Assembly (NCBI GenBank): GCA_031367385.1
Contig: JANLPS010000270.1
Span: forward strand, 1-23,280
DNA length: 23,280 nucleotides
Direction: 5' to 3'
From: Archangium sp.
GTDB lineage: Bacteria > Myxococcota > Myxococcia > Myxococcales > Myxococcaceae
Position numbers and translations under genes: made by a program. Shown in pieces: positions 1 through 10,057 of this stretch. Each line of letters begins with the position of its first letter. The stretch's first letter is position 1. Below the pieces are notes generated by a model that saw only the letters and a list, made by a program, of their open reading frames with translations, was not told the DNA's origin and made no database searches.

Positions 1-141
1 GTTCACAGCATGGTCATCGAACTCGAGCGGCGAGGCCTGATTCGCCGCACCCCTCGGCAGGCGCGCAGCATCGAGCTGCTAATCGACCCTGCCGACCTTC
101 CGCAGCTTCAACCGATCAAAACCACTGTGGCCGGGTACTAG
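1..141 (+). CDS. 3' end of small LexA-type winged-helix DNA-binding protein (partial)
   Basis: Frame 1 reads VHSMVIELERRGLIRRTPRQARSIELLIDPADLP...GY*, resembling the LexA N-terminal HTH pattern (VHxxxxxLExxGxIxRxxxxxRxI). Stop TAG at 139-141 overlaps the stop of the convergent gene. Confidence 0.7.
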   Translation, partial: VHSMVIELERRGLIRRTPRQARSIELLIDPADLPQLQPIKTTVAGY

Positions 142-746
142 GGCCCCGCCTGCGCTTGGGCATCGAGCTGCGAGAGCACGTCAGAGAGCCCCTCGCTCAG
201 AGGCCCCGCCAGCGTCTGGTCAGCGCTCGTCGATGCCGAAATGAGCGAGGGCACCGTAATTAGTGCGGCGTAGATCGCCGCGCCGATGACGGAGTTGCTC
301 CCGCCCCCGCTCGCCCCGACTCCCGGGCCACCGCTGCGGTCACGACATCGGGTTGAAACGAACTCGCGCGTGGGCATGAATTGTTGAGCGGTGTTTTGAA
401 TGCTGCCCGCCACTCGCACACAGCTCACGAGCGCCCGGTCGTCGCTCGGGCGCTGCGACTGCGAGAGCTCGAAAACGAACCGGCGTCGGCTGGTATCGTC
501 AACGGTGATACCGTGCGCTCGAAGCTGGCCCGTGATCGACTGCTGGGCCGCCGTAAGTACGTCTGGTGCTGAGGTGAAGAGCGCACCTTTGTCGACGACA
601 TCAACCGCCACCGGCTCACCGCGAAACGACTCGAAGGTGGGTTGATGCTCGGCTTGGTACCCAGGTTTGGGAGGCGGGCGGTAGGTGGCACATGCACTGC
701 TGAGCAGGGCGCCGGCGAGCCAATGGGCAATGACTTTGTGTTTCAT
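138..746 (-). CDS. putative lipoprotein, unknown function
   Basis: ATG at 746 gives MKHKVIAHWLAGALLSSAC (basic N-terminus, hydrophobic stretch, lipobox-like SSAC). A further hydrophobic segment lies near the C-terminus. Confidence 0.7.
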   Translation of the reverse strand: MKHKVIAHWLAGALLSSACATYRPPPKPGYQAEHQPTFESFRGEPVAVDVVDKGALFTSAPDVLTAAQQSITGQLRAHGITVDDTSRRRFVFELSQSQRPSDDRALVSCVRVAGSIQNTAQQFMPTREFVSTRCRDRSGGPGVGASGGGSNSVIGAAIYAALITVPSLISASTSADQTLAGPLSEGLSDVLSQLDAQAQAGP

Positions 747-795
747 CTGGCCCACTCTTTTGACACAAAACGCGGTTTCCTTCGAAAGGCCCTCG

Positions 796-3700
796 CTACT
801 GCCTCGACACCGCGCTGGTCGGCTCGTCACGCACCTCGAACCGCATCTCGTCGGCCGTGGCCTGTATCTCGGGGGCGTACATCGCCTCGGCCCGGGCGGG
901 CAGGGCGGCGAACCGGCCTGGCACCTCGGCCCGCAGCTCGTAGCTCAGCCGCGTCGTGCCCACCTTGACCTCGGGCAAGAACATCGCCACCCGGTCGCTC
1001 CGCAGCTCGGCGTGCGCACAGGCGTAGTTGCAGACCTCGGGCCCGCTCTTGAGCATCACCGCTTCGAAGCCGGCTGCCTTCAGGTCTTCGATCATCACGA
1101 ACTCGACCGCCTTGTTCGCGGTGATGTCGAGGTCGACGCGCACCCGCGTACCCGATTCGACCGGCATGCCGTACTCCGTCGGAGCGCTCGACTTCTCGGT
1201 GCTCGGCTTGCCCAGCAAGGTGTAGGTGCGCTTGATCTTCACGTCACCACCCACGCCCTTGATGAAGTCGTTCTGGTTGAACACGTCGAAGGTGGCGGCG
1301 AAGTACCCGGTGCCCGACGCGTCTCGCTTCACTTCGATGACGTTGTGCCCAGGCCTGAGCGCGGAGTCGGGCAGGGTGAGCGGCACGAGGTCGAGCCCGC
1401 CCTTCGAATAGGCGATGCGCTTGACCTCTTTGCCGTTGACGAACACCACGAACGAGCCGCTCTTCAGCGAGGCCCCCTCGCGCTTCGCCAGCGCTGCCAG
1501 GGCGTACACCGCGAACGCCGTGTCACGGGTGTTGCGCCACTTGCCGCCGTTGCGACGCAGCACCAAGAAGTCGGTCAGCGGCGCGATCAACGGTGACTTG
1601 AGGTCGTACCGAATCATCGCCATCAGGGTGAACGCAGTGGCTTCGATCGCCGCGCTGGTCGACCAGGCGTCATTCGCTTCACCCACCGACGCGTCTTTGC
1701 GGCTCTGTGCTGCCTTCACCACGTCGTCGAGGTTCTCGACCGCGATTCGGGCCCGGCTGTCTTTTGCGTTGAGCATCGCCAGCGCCAATTGGCCTCGCGC
1801 GCGGGCGGTGAGCTTGGTGCGAATCGCGAAGTCTGCATCGATCGCCGCCTTGGGCACCGAGCCTGTGGAGCTGAGCGCGAACACCATGAAGGCGTGCGTC
1901 TCAGGCTCGTTCAAGCCTTCGCCGAGGTGCTCGGTCAAGAACCCACGCCCGCGGGTCACCAGCTCTGCGTTCACCGGAGCGCCCGCTTCTTTGGCCAACC
2001 CGAGGGCGTACACGACGTAGGCGGTCATCCACAGATTGGTGTGGTCGTCGTGCCACCAGCCCCAGCCACCGTCGCTGTGCTGAAACGAGGCCAGCCGGTC
2101 GAGCCCTTGCGCCACCATGTCATCGAGCTTCGCTGGCACTCGATCTGGCGAAAGGTTGAAGTCTTTCGCTGCCTTGCGCGCGATCACCGCCGGCACGAAG
2201 CGCGAGAGCGTCTGCTCGACACACCCGTACGGGTACTGCGCCAGGTACGGCAAGCTGTCGAACATCGCCGAGAGCACCGACGGCGTCATCAACAGCTCGA
2301 AGTTGGTCAACGACGCCTTGCGCTTCTCGGGCAGATCGAACTCGACCTTGAACGAGTCGGTCAGGCGGCCTGAAAAGAATTGCCGCTGCGCCGAGCCGTG
2401 AACGAGGGCTGGCAGCTTCCACTCCATCGCATCGGAGGTGCCACCGCCTTTGACCGTCGCGCGAATGGTGCGATCGCCGAGCTCGGAGACCTTGAACCGC
2501 GCATCGAAGCGAGCGATCTGCTCGGGCGTCACTCGCACCGTCTTGCTCGCGGGGCCCATCGCCTTGAGCCCGGGCGCCCCGATCGACACCTCGATGTCAG
2601 TCGCCGAGGGCAAGTGGCTCTCGATCACCGCCGACAGAATCACCTCGTCGTTCTCGATGAAGAACCGCGGTGCTTGCAGCCGAACCATCAACGCCTTCGC
2701 GGTCTTGACCGAGTCATGACCTTGACCCAGGTGCGGGCCCTCCGAGACCACGGTCGCGATTGCCTTCCACGAGGTGAGCGAGTCGGAGAGCTTGAGCTTC
2801 TGTGACAGCGGGGCGCCGACCGTCCCCGTTAACACGGGGTACCAGCCCGCCGAGGTGCCGAAGTCAGAACGCACTTTGATCGCCGGGTCTGCCGCTGCCT
2901 CTGGCTGCTCGGCGTCTTCTTTTCGGCTTCGCTTCGCGGGCGCGCTCTCAGACTCGGCTGACTTCGAAGCCTTCTCTTCACGCCTAGCTCCGGAGCCGAG
3001 ATCGTCATTTATTCGCGAGTCTTCCGCTGACGCTGGCGCCGCAGACACGACCGGTGACAGCCCCGCGGAGTCTTTGTCTCTGCCGAGCACTTCGCTGGGG
3101 GCAGGCTTCTTCTCGGCTGCCCTGCGCGTGAAGCCGCGCTCGTTCATCGTGCTCATCGTGCGCACCGTCAATTGCCGCCGGTGCCGCCCGAAGAAGGTCA
3201 TGAAGTCGGTGCGTTCTTTCTCGAGCGCGAAGAGCGCCTCGTCGACCACGGTCATCGCGATCTCGACGGGCGCTCCGGCGGGGCCGTTCTTCACCAAGAT
3301 CGATGCGTTGAGCGACGAGCCTGGCTCGACCACCGGCCGGCCCAGCTCGACCTTCACCGCGAGCGCGACGTCACTGCCGGTAACCGAGATCGGCCGTTGC
3401 AGTTGCCTCCATTCAGCGTTCTCGAACCTCGTCGCCCCCAGAAACGCGTTGGGCGACATCGCGGCGGTCACCGGCAGCTCGACGTACCGGGCGCGCCCGG
3501 TCAGCTCGACCACCTTCGAGGCCCGAATCAGCTCGTTCTCGAGCGTGAGCAGCACGTGGCCACCCGGGCGATCAGTCACCACCAACACCCGCGCCACGTG
3601 CCCGACCTTCAGCGGCCCACGGTCGGTGAAGAGCTGAAAGCCGGGGTTCGGAGGCGTCATCGGCTTCGCCTCGTTTGTCAACCACAGGTCACTTTGCGCC

Positions 3701-6075
3701 AGCACCACCTCGGGCCTCGCCGCGTCGGCCACTTCGACGCGCACCATGCCAAGCGCATCGGCGTCGAGCTGCGAGGCACCGCGGCCCTTGACGATCTTGG
3801 TGCGGGCTTCGGCGATCTTCACCGGCTTGCCATCGGAGCTGACTCGCACCAACCGCACCACCACCTCGGCGTCGACCGGGCGGCCATTTGGGTCTTCGGC
3901 GCGCAGCTGCAGCCCGACTTTCTCGCCTGGCTTGTAGAGGTAGTGACCCGAGCGAACGTCGACGAAGGAGGGCGTGGTGACGACTTTTACTGAGCCTGCT
4001 CCGGCGATCTCTCGGCGTGAGCTGTCGGTGATCAACACCTGCGCCGAGTACTGCAGCGACGCCTCGGTCAGCTCCGCAGCCTTGGGCACTTCGAACTCCG
4101 CCGTGCCATCAGCGCCGGTTTTGAAGAGCACGGTGTATTGCGCGAGCTCCGGGTTGTATGAGCGGTAGCGCCTCCGAGAGGTGAAGTCTTGGTCGTCTTG
4201 CGGGTACCCGTCTGATGAGCCGTCTTCGTCTTGCTCGTCGCTCTCTTCGCCGACCCACGGGCCCCAGGTGTGCGCCCACCGCAGCACCAGTACCAGCGCG
4301 CGGCCCTGCGCGTTGCTCACCGCGCCGCCTGAGAAATACGACGCCTTGACCTTGAACTTCACCGGCTCGCCCGGCTTCGGGTTGCCGACCGCGTCGACGC
4401 TCACCGAGTATTCGGGCGGCTTGTATTCTTCGACCCTGAAGCTGCACGGCTGCTGCTGGTACGACTCGGTGTTGCTCGAGACGCTGACGTTGTAGGCCCC
4501 CAACGTCGCGTTCTTGGGCAAGGTGAGCGAGAAGCTCGCGGTACCGAACGAGCTCGTGGTCAACATCGGCTGCGCCACGGTCTTGCCCGTCGGGTCGTTG
4601 ACGTAGAGCTGAAACTTGCGGTTCGGCAGCGCGGTGCTCGGGCCCCCTTCACGCGACCGCAGAAATATCTTCAGGCCCACCGTCTCGTTCGGCTTGTAGA
4701 TCGGCCGGTCGGTCATCGCGTACGCGAGCTCTTCACGGTTCGTGTCGCTGCCGTACCAGTCACCCGCGCCCGACATTGACCAGTTCTCACCGACGTGCGC
4801 CCACACCCGCACCGTGGTGTTGTTCTTGTCACCGGTAAACGTCGCCAACCCGTTTGCATCGGCTTTGCCGGTCTCCTTGCGCCACTCGGAGTTGCCGCGC
4901 GAGTAGAACACCGCCACCTCGGCCCCCGCCTGCCCTACGCCCGTCTCGACGTCGCTCACCCAGACCAGAATCTTGTTTCGGTCGGTCTTGGTGACGATGG
5001 CGAGGTTGGTGACCAGCACATCGGCCATCGCCCGCTCGGTGCCCGCGCTGACCTCGAGCAGGTAGGCTCCGGGCTGCTTGATCGCGCTCAGCTCGAGCTC
5101 TTTGTTGCCGGGGGCGTAGGCGCTGGCCACGTCGAACGGGTCTTTCCACGTCGAGACCACTTCGCCGCTCGCCCACAGGCTGCCCGGGTCGGGCTTGACG
5201 AACTTCGAGGGGTCGACCCGCTTGAGCGTGTAGGTGGCGTTCTTCACGTTGCGCCACCAGACCGTCGCCTTCGGTTTCTGCCCGGGCAGCTCGAAGTTCG
5301 AAATGCTCACGCTGACCTGCTTGCGTTTGATCTCTGCCGCCTGGCTCAGTGAGCTGCTGCGCATGTTCGCGGTCTGGGCCGAGAACCGGCTGGCCGACTC
5401 GAAGAGGGCCAGCGCCTCGCTGTATTTCGCCTGGTTGTTTTTGCGTGAGCCGAGGCTGTAGGTCGCGTCGTCGGCCCAATCGGTCGCCCCGGCGGCGACC
5501 TCGGCCATCTCTTTTTCTCCATCGCCCGCGGTCTTCGGGTCGTTGAACCGGCTCTGGGCCCGCAAGAACTTGGCGTGCGCGATGTCGTTGGGGTTGCTGG
5601 CGAAGCCGATCGCCACCTGTGCCATCGCCTCAGCGCGCACGCGGTCGTAGTTGTTTCGCTCGAGCTCGGTCAGCGCCAGCCGAACCACCAGCGCGCTGGC
5701 CTCGTGGGCCTGGCGCGAATCGCCTTTGGCCTCGGGCTTGAGCAACTCGAGCGCGGCCTCGGTCTTCGACATGCCGAGAATCGCCGACTGGCCGGCGGCG
5801 TACGCGCGGGCAAAGTCTTTCGGGCCACTGCTGCCCAGCTTCTCAATCGCGGGAAACGAGTCGCGGCCTGCGTTCGCGCACGAGACGATCTTCTTCACCA
5901 CGGCTTCGCGCCCGGCGGCGGCGTCTCCGGTGGCCTTCAGATACGCGGTGAAGGTGTCGCAGGCCTTGGCGTAGCTCAGCTCATTGAGCTGGCGATTGGC
6001 GGTCTCGAAGTCTGCGGTTTGCGCAAACGCCGACCCTGCGATCAAGGTGAGCGCGGTCAGTATCAGTCGTGACAT
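796..6075 (-). CDS. bacterial alpha-2-macroglobulin family protein with thioester motif and N-terminal TPR-like helical region
   Basis: ATG at 6075 with GGAG upstream; signal peptide ending AFA-Q. MG2 motif TDRPIYKPNETV; thioester YPYGCVEQTLSRF (CVEQ at 2212-2223); QHSDGGWGWW; C-terminal ELRAEVPGRF...PARAEAMYAPE. Confidence 0.95.
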   Translation of the reverse strand: MSRLILTALTLIAGSAFAQTADFETANRQLNELSYAKACDTFTAYLKATGDAAAGREAVVKKIVSCANAGRDSFPAIEKLGSSGPKDFARAYAAGQSAILGMSKTEAALELLKPEAKGDSRQAHEASALVVRLALTELERNNYDRVRAEAMAQVAIGFASNPNDIAHAKFLRAQSRFNDPKTAGDGEKEMAEVAAGATDWADDATYSLGSRKNNQAKYSEALALFESASRFSAQTANMRSSSLSQAAEIKRKQVSVSISNFELPGQKPKATVWWRNVKNATYTLKRVDPSKFVKPDPGSLWASGEVVSTWKDPFDVASAYAPGNKELELSAIKQPGAYLLEVSAGTERAMADVLVTNLAIVTKTDRNKILVWVSDVETGVGQAGAEVAVFYSRGNSEWRKETGKADANGLATFTGDKNNTTVRVWAHVGENWSMSGAGDWYGSDTNREELAYAMTDRPIYKPNETVGLKIFLRSREGGPSTALPNRKFQLYVNDPTGKTVAQPMLTTSSFGTASFSLTLPKNATLGAYNVSVSSNTESYQQQPCSFRVEEYKPPEYSVSVDAVGNPKPGEPVKFKVKASYFSGGAVSNAQGRALVLVLRWAHTWGPWVGEESDEQDEDGSSDGYPQDDQDFTSRRRYRSYNPELAQYTVLFKTGADGTAEFEVPKAAELTEASLQYSAQVLITDSSRREIAGAGSVKVVTTPSFVDVRSGHYLYKPGEKVGLQLRAEDPNGRPVDAEVVVRLVRVSSDGKPVKIAEARTKIVKGRGASQLDADALGMVRVEVADAARPEVVLAQSDLWLTNEAKPMTPPNPGFQLFTDRGPLKVGHVARVLVVTDRPGGHVLLTLENELIRASKVVELTGRARYVELPVTAAMSPNAFLGATRFENAEWRQLQRPISVTGSDVALAVKVELGRPVVEPGSSLNASILVKNGPAGAPVEIAMTVVDEALFALEKERTDFMTFFGRHRRQLTVRTMSTMNERGFTRRAAEKKPAPSEVLGRDKDSAGLSPVVSAAPASAEDSRINDDLGSGARREEKASKSAESESAPAKRSRKEDAEQPEAAADPAIKVRSDFGTSAGWYPVLTGTVGAPLSQKLKLSDSLTSWKAIATVVSEGPHLGQGHDSVKTAKALMVRLQAPRFFIENDEVILSAVIESHLPSATDIEVSIGAPGLKAMGPASKTVRVTPEQIARFDARFKVSELGDRTIRATVKGGGTSDAMEWKLPALVHGSAQRQFFSGRLTDSFKVEFDLPEKRKASLTNFELLMTPSVLSAMFDSLPYLAQYPYGCVEQTLSRFVPAVIARKAAKDFNLSPDRVPAKLDDMVAQGLDRLASFQHSDGGWGWWHDDHTNLWMTAYVVYALGLAKEAGAPVNAELVTRGRGFLTEHLGEGLNEPETHAFMVFALSSTGSVPKAAIDADFAIRTKLTARARGQLALAMLNAKDSRARIAVENLDDVVKAAQSRKDASVGEANDAWSTSAAIEATAFTLMAMIRYDLKSPLIAPLTDFLVLRRNGGKWRNTRDTAFAVYALAALAKREGASLKSGSFVVFVNGKEVKRIAYSKGGLDLVPLTLPDSALRPGHNVIEVKRDASGTGYFAATFDVFNQNDFIKGVGGDVKIKRTYTLLGKPSTEKSSAPTEYGMPVESGTRVRVDLDITANKAVEFVMIEDLKAAGFEAVMLKSGPEVCNYACAHAELRSDRVAMFLPEVKVGTTRLSYELRAEVPGRFAALPARAEAMYAPEIQATADEMRFEVRDEPTSAVSRQ

Positions 6076-6144
6076 GTGGTCTCCCGAGGCGAAACAGACC
6101 ACGGAAACGGCCGAATCACCGAGACGATCTGCAGGGGAGGGCGA

Positions 6145-7347
6145 TTAGAGCGGCGGCGTCGTATCGACGCGTGTTTCCACGATGTCTTGCACCGAGGTCG
6201 CCACGTCGGAGAGCAGGTCGAGCCCGGTCTTCTCTTCGATCGCCCGTACGGTCGTGCGGTACTCCGTCCACACCTTGGTGGCGGTGGTGTCGTTGGGCAT
6301 GATCACCGCGATCACCTGGGTGGCCTCGGTCAAGCTGGCCGCCGCCGCCGTGCCGGAGTCGAACACCACGACCACTTTCCACGTCGCGACGGGTACTGAG
6401 ACGCCAGACCCGATGGTCGTGCCACCGAAGATCGGGCCCGAGGTGATGAAGACCGTCTTGCCCGCGAGCGCCATCTGCCGCTCTTCGTTCTCGAGGCCCT
6501 TCCACGGGCCGTTGTTCAGGGTTGGCGCCTGGGGCACCACGTTGGTCAGCACGAAGGTCGCGAGGTTGTCGCCCGTGGTGTCGGTGCGGTCGGCGCTCGG
6601 GCACATGTGGCCTCTCGCATAGGCCGAGCCGTCGAAGTCGCCGTTGGTGGCCTGACCCACTGTGTTGGGCATTTGCGGGTCGGGGGTGAACGAGCTCGCG
6701 CGCGTCACGTCTCCGAGCCAGGCACCGTTGAGCTGCCATGAGACCCAGTTCGGTACTTTGCGGGTTGAGTTGTACGAGACCACGTACTGCGGCTTGACCA
6801 GCAGCCAGTGGTTCACATCTCCGATCGAGGCCGCCTCGGGCAGGCCCAGGGTGGTGTGCTTCGAGAGCTGCGCTCCGGCGGTCAGGGGGCCGTGGACGCT
6901 GACGCCGGCGTCGAGGCTGGTCGTGTCGGTAGAGCCGACGGTGACCATCAACGAGCCGCTGAAGGCAGTGACTCCGGTGACTTCGAAGGTCCAGGTGCCG
7001 GCCCCGGGAGCGAGGAAAGAGCAGTGGTGATCCATCGTTGCGGCGGTGCGCAGGCAGGTCTGCGAGCCGTCGGCGGAGGAGACCTTCAGCTTGGCGGTGC
7101 CGTCTCCGGTGAGGTCAACGGCGAGCGTGTCACCGGCTTCGGCGACTTTGAGGGTGTAGAGGCGCACTTGATCGACAACGCCATAGGTGCGGCGCGCGAC
7201 GCCCGACTGCAGCGGCCGGGTGAGCTCGCTCTCGCCAACCACCGCATCGCTCTGCGCGTCGGACGTGGCCGTGTCGCAAGCAGTTGTGGCCAGGAGGCAA
7301 GCCAACACCACAGATTGAAGTCGCGACGGCCGGCTCGAAGAGGGCAT
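6145..7347 (-). CDS. DNA/RNA non-specific endonuclease (NucA/EndoG, beta-beta-alpha-Me) with lipoprotein signal and N-terminal PPC-like beta domain
   Basis: SYNSTRKVPNWVSW, YARGHMCPSADR, TFVLTNVVPQAPTLNNGPWKGLE, VPVATWKVV and IEEKTGLDLL motifs; lipobox-like LATTAC. Confidence 0.92.
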   Translation of the reverse strand: MPSSSRPSRLQSVVLACLLATTACDTATSDAQSDAVVGESELTRPLQSGVARRTYGVVDQVRLYTLKVAEAGDTLAVDLTGDGTAKLKVSSADGSQTCLRTAATMDHHCSFLAPGAGTWTFEVTGVTAFSGSLMVTVGSTDTTSLDAGVSVHGPLTAGAQLSKHTTLGLPEAASIGDVNHWLLVKPQYVVSYNSTRKVPNWVSWQLNGAWLGDVTRASSFTPDPQMPNTVGQATNGDFDGSAYARGHMCPSADRTDTTGDNLATFVLTNVVPQAPTLNNGPWKGLENEERQMALAGKTVFITSGPIFGGTTIGSGVSVPVATWKVVVVFDSGTAAAASLTEATQVIAVIMPNDTTATKVWTEYRTTVRAIEEKTGLDLLSDVATSVQDIVETRVDTTPPL

Positions 7348-7591
7348 TCGAGGGAGAGCCGCTCTTCAACAATGCCGCCAACCGTGAATCGCAAAGAGAT
7401 TTAGCAAATCGGCGTGATTTGTAAGTTCTAGCTACAGGCGATTTTTCACTCGTGCGTGCACGGAGGAAAAACTGCCTGAAAGAAGGGCGGTTTTCGAGTG
7501 TGACATTGAAGCAACACGCGAGAATCATTGCGGTTTCGACGCGGCGCGTCGGGTTGAGATTCTCAGGTTTTGAGACGAATTTAGGGGCAGG

Positions 7592-10057
7592 TCAGGGGCA
7601 GCCGGGCCAGTTGGTCGGGAAGTCGGCGGTGTCGTCGTTGCCTGCGTTGCCGGCGCTTCGCTGGTACTTGGGCCATGCACCGGGCGTGTCCAGGAGACCG
7701 GGAGAGTCGACGATGATCGCTTTCACGGTGCCATCGCTTGCGCCGACGTAGAGCACGCCGGTTTTTGAGGCGGGCGCGGCACGGTTGCAGTCGAGCGTGG
7801 GGTGCGTGAGGATTTGGCCCGCCGAAAACGCCTTTGACGTCCACTGCTGAGTACTTGCTCCCAATCGAAAGGCCATCAGCGTTCCGCCATTAGACACGGC
7901 GTAACCCCATCCGGGTTGGCCCGATTGCTGGGTTCGCCCGAGCACCGGGGACGTTCGAACAAACTCATTTCCACCAAATGAAATGGCTACCAGGTCATCG
8001 AGGGTTTGAGGATTGAAGCGGACCAAATCGGAGCCCCTCCCAACGTAACCTTCATCATCTGACGTGATTGCTGGCACTCCAGTATCCTCGGAGTCTGGAC
8101 CACTCTCGAGGCCTCCATCGAATCGACCCAAAAAGATGCGTCGAGCCGTCGCGTTGTTTCCGCCGATGACAAACCCGTTCGACGAGAGTGCCTGACCGGC
8201 CGCAATATCGCCGATATCTGTCCCGAGCTGGTTGCTCGTAAGAGGAGTCACGGTCGAAGCACCCACAGTGAAGGTTCGCCAATAGGAACCGATGATGCGA
8301 TTCAAGACCGATATCACTCCGCCGCGGAAAACAATTCCTGTAGCCGTCGTCGGTGATGCGACGGTGCTTACCGGAGCAGCATCTACTCCGGCGACGGTCA
8401 CAGCCGTCGAGCCGTTCACTGCATCGTAGATGCATGCCTTCGGTGTAAGACTCAGTAGGGTTCCGTTAATGGAGCCGATCGAAATCGTGTTCCCCTGCAC
8501 ACGGCCGAGTGCGATTCCCGAATAAGTCAGCCCCCCCGCCGCTCCCGCGCACCCTGCCGCTAGCCCCGTGGAGGTGAGGTTGTCGGCGTTTAGTGCGGCA
8601 ACAGATCCGCCCGCACCGGCATTGGCTGCGTAATAAACTAGCTGGGGGGTGACTGAGATACTCTGGACAGATCCAGCTGAAATTGATGCCGTAGAGCGAC
8701 CGGTGAGGGAATCCAATTTGTGTATGTAGCCATTGCTTGGATCCCTATTAAATCCGACAAAGAGTTGACCATCGGAGCCAACAGCTAGGGCTTGCACGAT
8801 ATCGACGCCGCTGTCAGTTGGATGCGCAGACCACCTGACGCGGGTCACAGCGAGCTGATTGGAACTAACCAGTGAGCTATTCGTTGCGAGGTCCGTCGCG
8901 CTTACTTCGATTGGAATTCCTCCAGTGATGTTCGGCATCGACGGCTTGCTCAAATCCAACACGAAGCACGCCGCAGCCCCCGGCACGCTCGTGAAATTCG
9001 GGCAATCAGTGTCAGGCGCGCGAGAAATCGCAGCACCCTGCAGTGTAAGCCCCGCGTCACTCAGCGCCTCATTCGACGTCAACACCGCCGCAACGATGGC
9101 GTCACGCTGTTGCGCACCACCATCGGTATTCAATACGAGCCCAAGCGTCGGACCCACCGAGTCACGCACCAAAGCCAGCGACGCAGTCGGTCCACCGCTC
9201 CATCCCGCCACCGCAGACTTTGTCCCATCCGGCGCCGGCAGGGTCACCATCCCGCTGCACGACGCTCCGACGCACGTGAACACCGTATTGAACGACTCGA
9301 TGTTCACAGGCACCGAAGCCACCCGAGGCGAACCACCGTCAGCCTTGCTGAGCGTTACCCTCGCGCCCACGCTCTGCCCCGCGGTCAATCGCGTATTCGC
9401 CGCAGGGCTCTGCCACTGAATCGACAAATCCGACGTGCACGCGCCACCAGTCGGCGACGCGATGCACTCCTCCCAAGATTGGCACTGCAAGGCGGCGGCG
9501 CAGTACCGCGCTGAAATCGAAATCGCCGCGTGCGACGCATTGGCCCAGCCGGCGGTGAACGTAAACATCGACCCCGCATCGGTCGGCAGCGTCACCGGCG
9601 TGTTGTTCCCCGCGACGGCCATCTGCGAGCTCCCGTACGACGAGGTGAGGGGCACATACTTCCCCGTCTCTCCGCCATCGGTCGTTCGCGCGCGAATCAC
9701 GAATTGCACCGTCTCACCCGCGTCGAACACATCGCCATCGGCAGGCCGCTCGAACGACACCTTGAGCAACCGGCAGAGGGGGCCGCTCGCCGAATCTTCG
9801 CAGCTCTCCCACGCCGCGCACGGCGACGGGCACGTCGGCTCGAGCACTCCCGAGTCACGACCGGCATCGATCTTGCCGCCGTCACCGGGCCCGACCTGGC
9901 CGCCATCACTGCCACCGTCAGTCGGAGTGACGCAGAAATGGTACGTGTCGCTGCAGACGCCGCCGTTGTCGCAATCAGAATTCTTCTCGCACGGCCGAGT
10001 GCACACACAGCCACTGACCACCATCACTGTCATCGCGCACAGCCAGAGCTTGTTCAT
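7592..10057 (-). CDS. Cys-rich modular lipoprotein: Cys repeats, Ig-like domains, C-terminal PQQ-like beta-propeller
   Basis: ATG at 10057 overlaps the upstream stop (ATGA). Lipobox VVSGC; two CxxWExCx5GxxC repeats, each followed by an Ig-like segment; many D-G/A/S-G motifs; propeller-like motifs (ALAVGSDGQLFVG, SPVLG, GVLYVGASDG) and a WPKYQR C-terminus. Confidence 0.8.
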   Translation of the reverse strand: MNKLWLCAMTVMVVSGCVCTRPCEKNSDCDNGGVCSDTYHFCVTPTDGGSDGGQVGPGDGGKIDAGRDSGVLEPTCPSPCAAWESCEDSASGPLCRLLKVSFERPADGDVFDAGETVQFVIRARTTDGGETGKYVPLTSSYGSSQMAVAGNNTPVTLPTDAGSMFTFTAGWANASHAAISISARYCAAALQCQSWEECIASPTGGACTSDLSIQWQSPAANTRLTAGQSVGARVTLSKADGGSPRVASVPVNIESFNTVFTCVGASCSGMVTLPAPDGTKSAVAGWSGGPTASLALVRDSVGPTLGLVLNTDGGAQQRDAIVAAVLTSNEALSDAGLTLQGAAISRAPDTDCPNFTSVPGAAACFVLDLSKPSMPNITGGIPIEVSATDLATNSSLVSSNQLAVTRVRWSAHPTDSGVDIVQALAVGSDGQLFVGFNRDPSNGYIHKLDSLTGRSTASISAGSVQSISVTPQLVYYAANAGAGGSVAALNADNLTSTGLAAGCAGAAGGLTYSGIALGRVQGNTISIGSINGTLLSLTPKACIYDAVNGSTAVTVAGVDAAPVSTVASPTTATGIVFRGGVISVLNRIIGSYWRTFTVGASTVTPLTSNQLGTDIGDIAAGQALSSNGFVIGGNNATARRIFLGRFDGGLESGPDSEDTGVPAITSDDEGYVGRGSDLVRFNPQTLDDLVAISFGGNEFVRTSPVLGRTQQSGQPGWGYAVSNGGTLMAFRLGASTQQWTSKAFSAGQILTHPTLDCNRAAPASKTGVLYVGASDGTVKAIIVDSPGLLDTPGAWPKYQRSAGNAGNDDTADFPTNWPGCP

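Noticed and set aside
685..5974. Many plus-strand ORFs up to about 300 aa (e.g. 685-1596, 2774-3637, 3172-3993)
   Set aside because: Antisense shadows of the A2M gene, expected in GC-rich DNA; no motifs.
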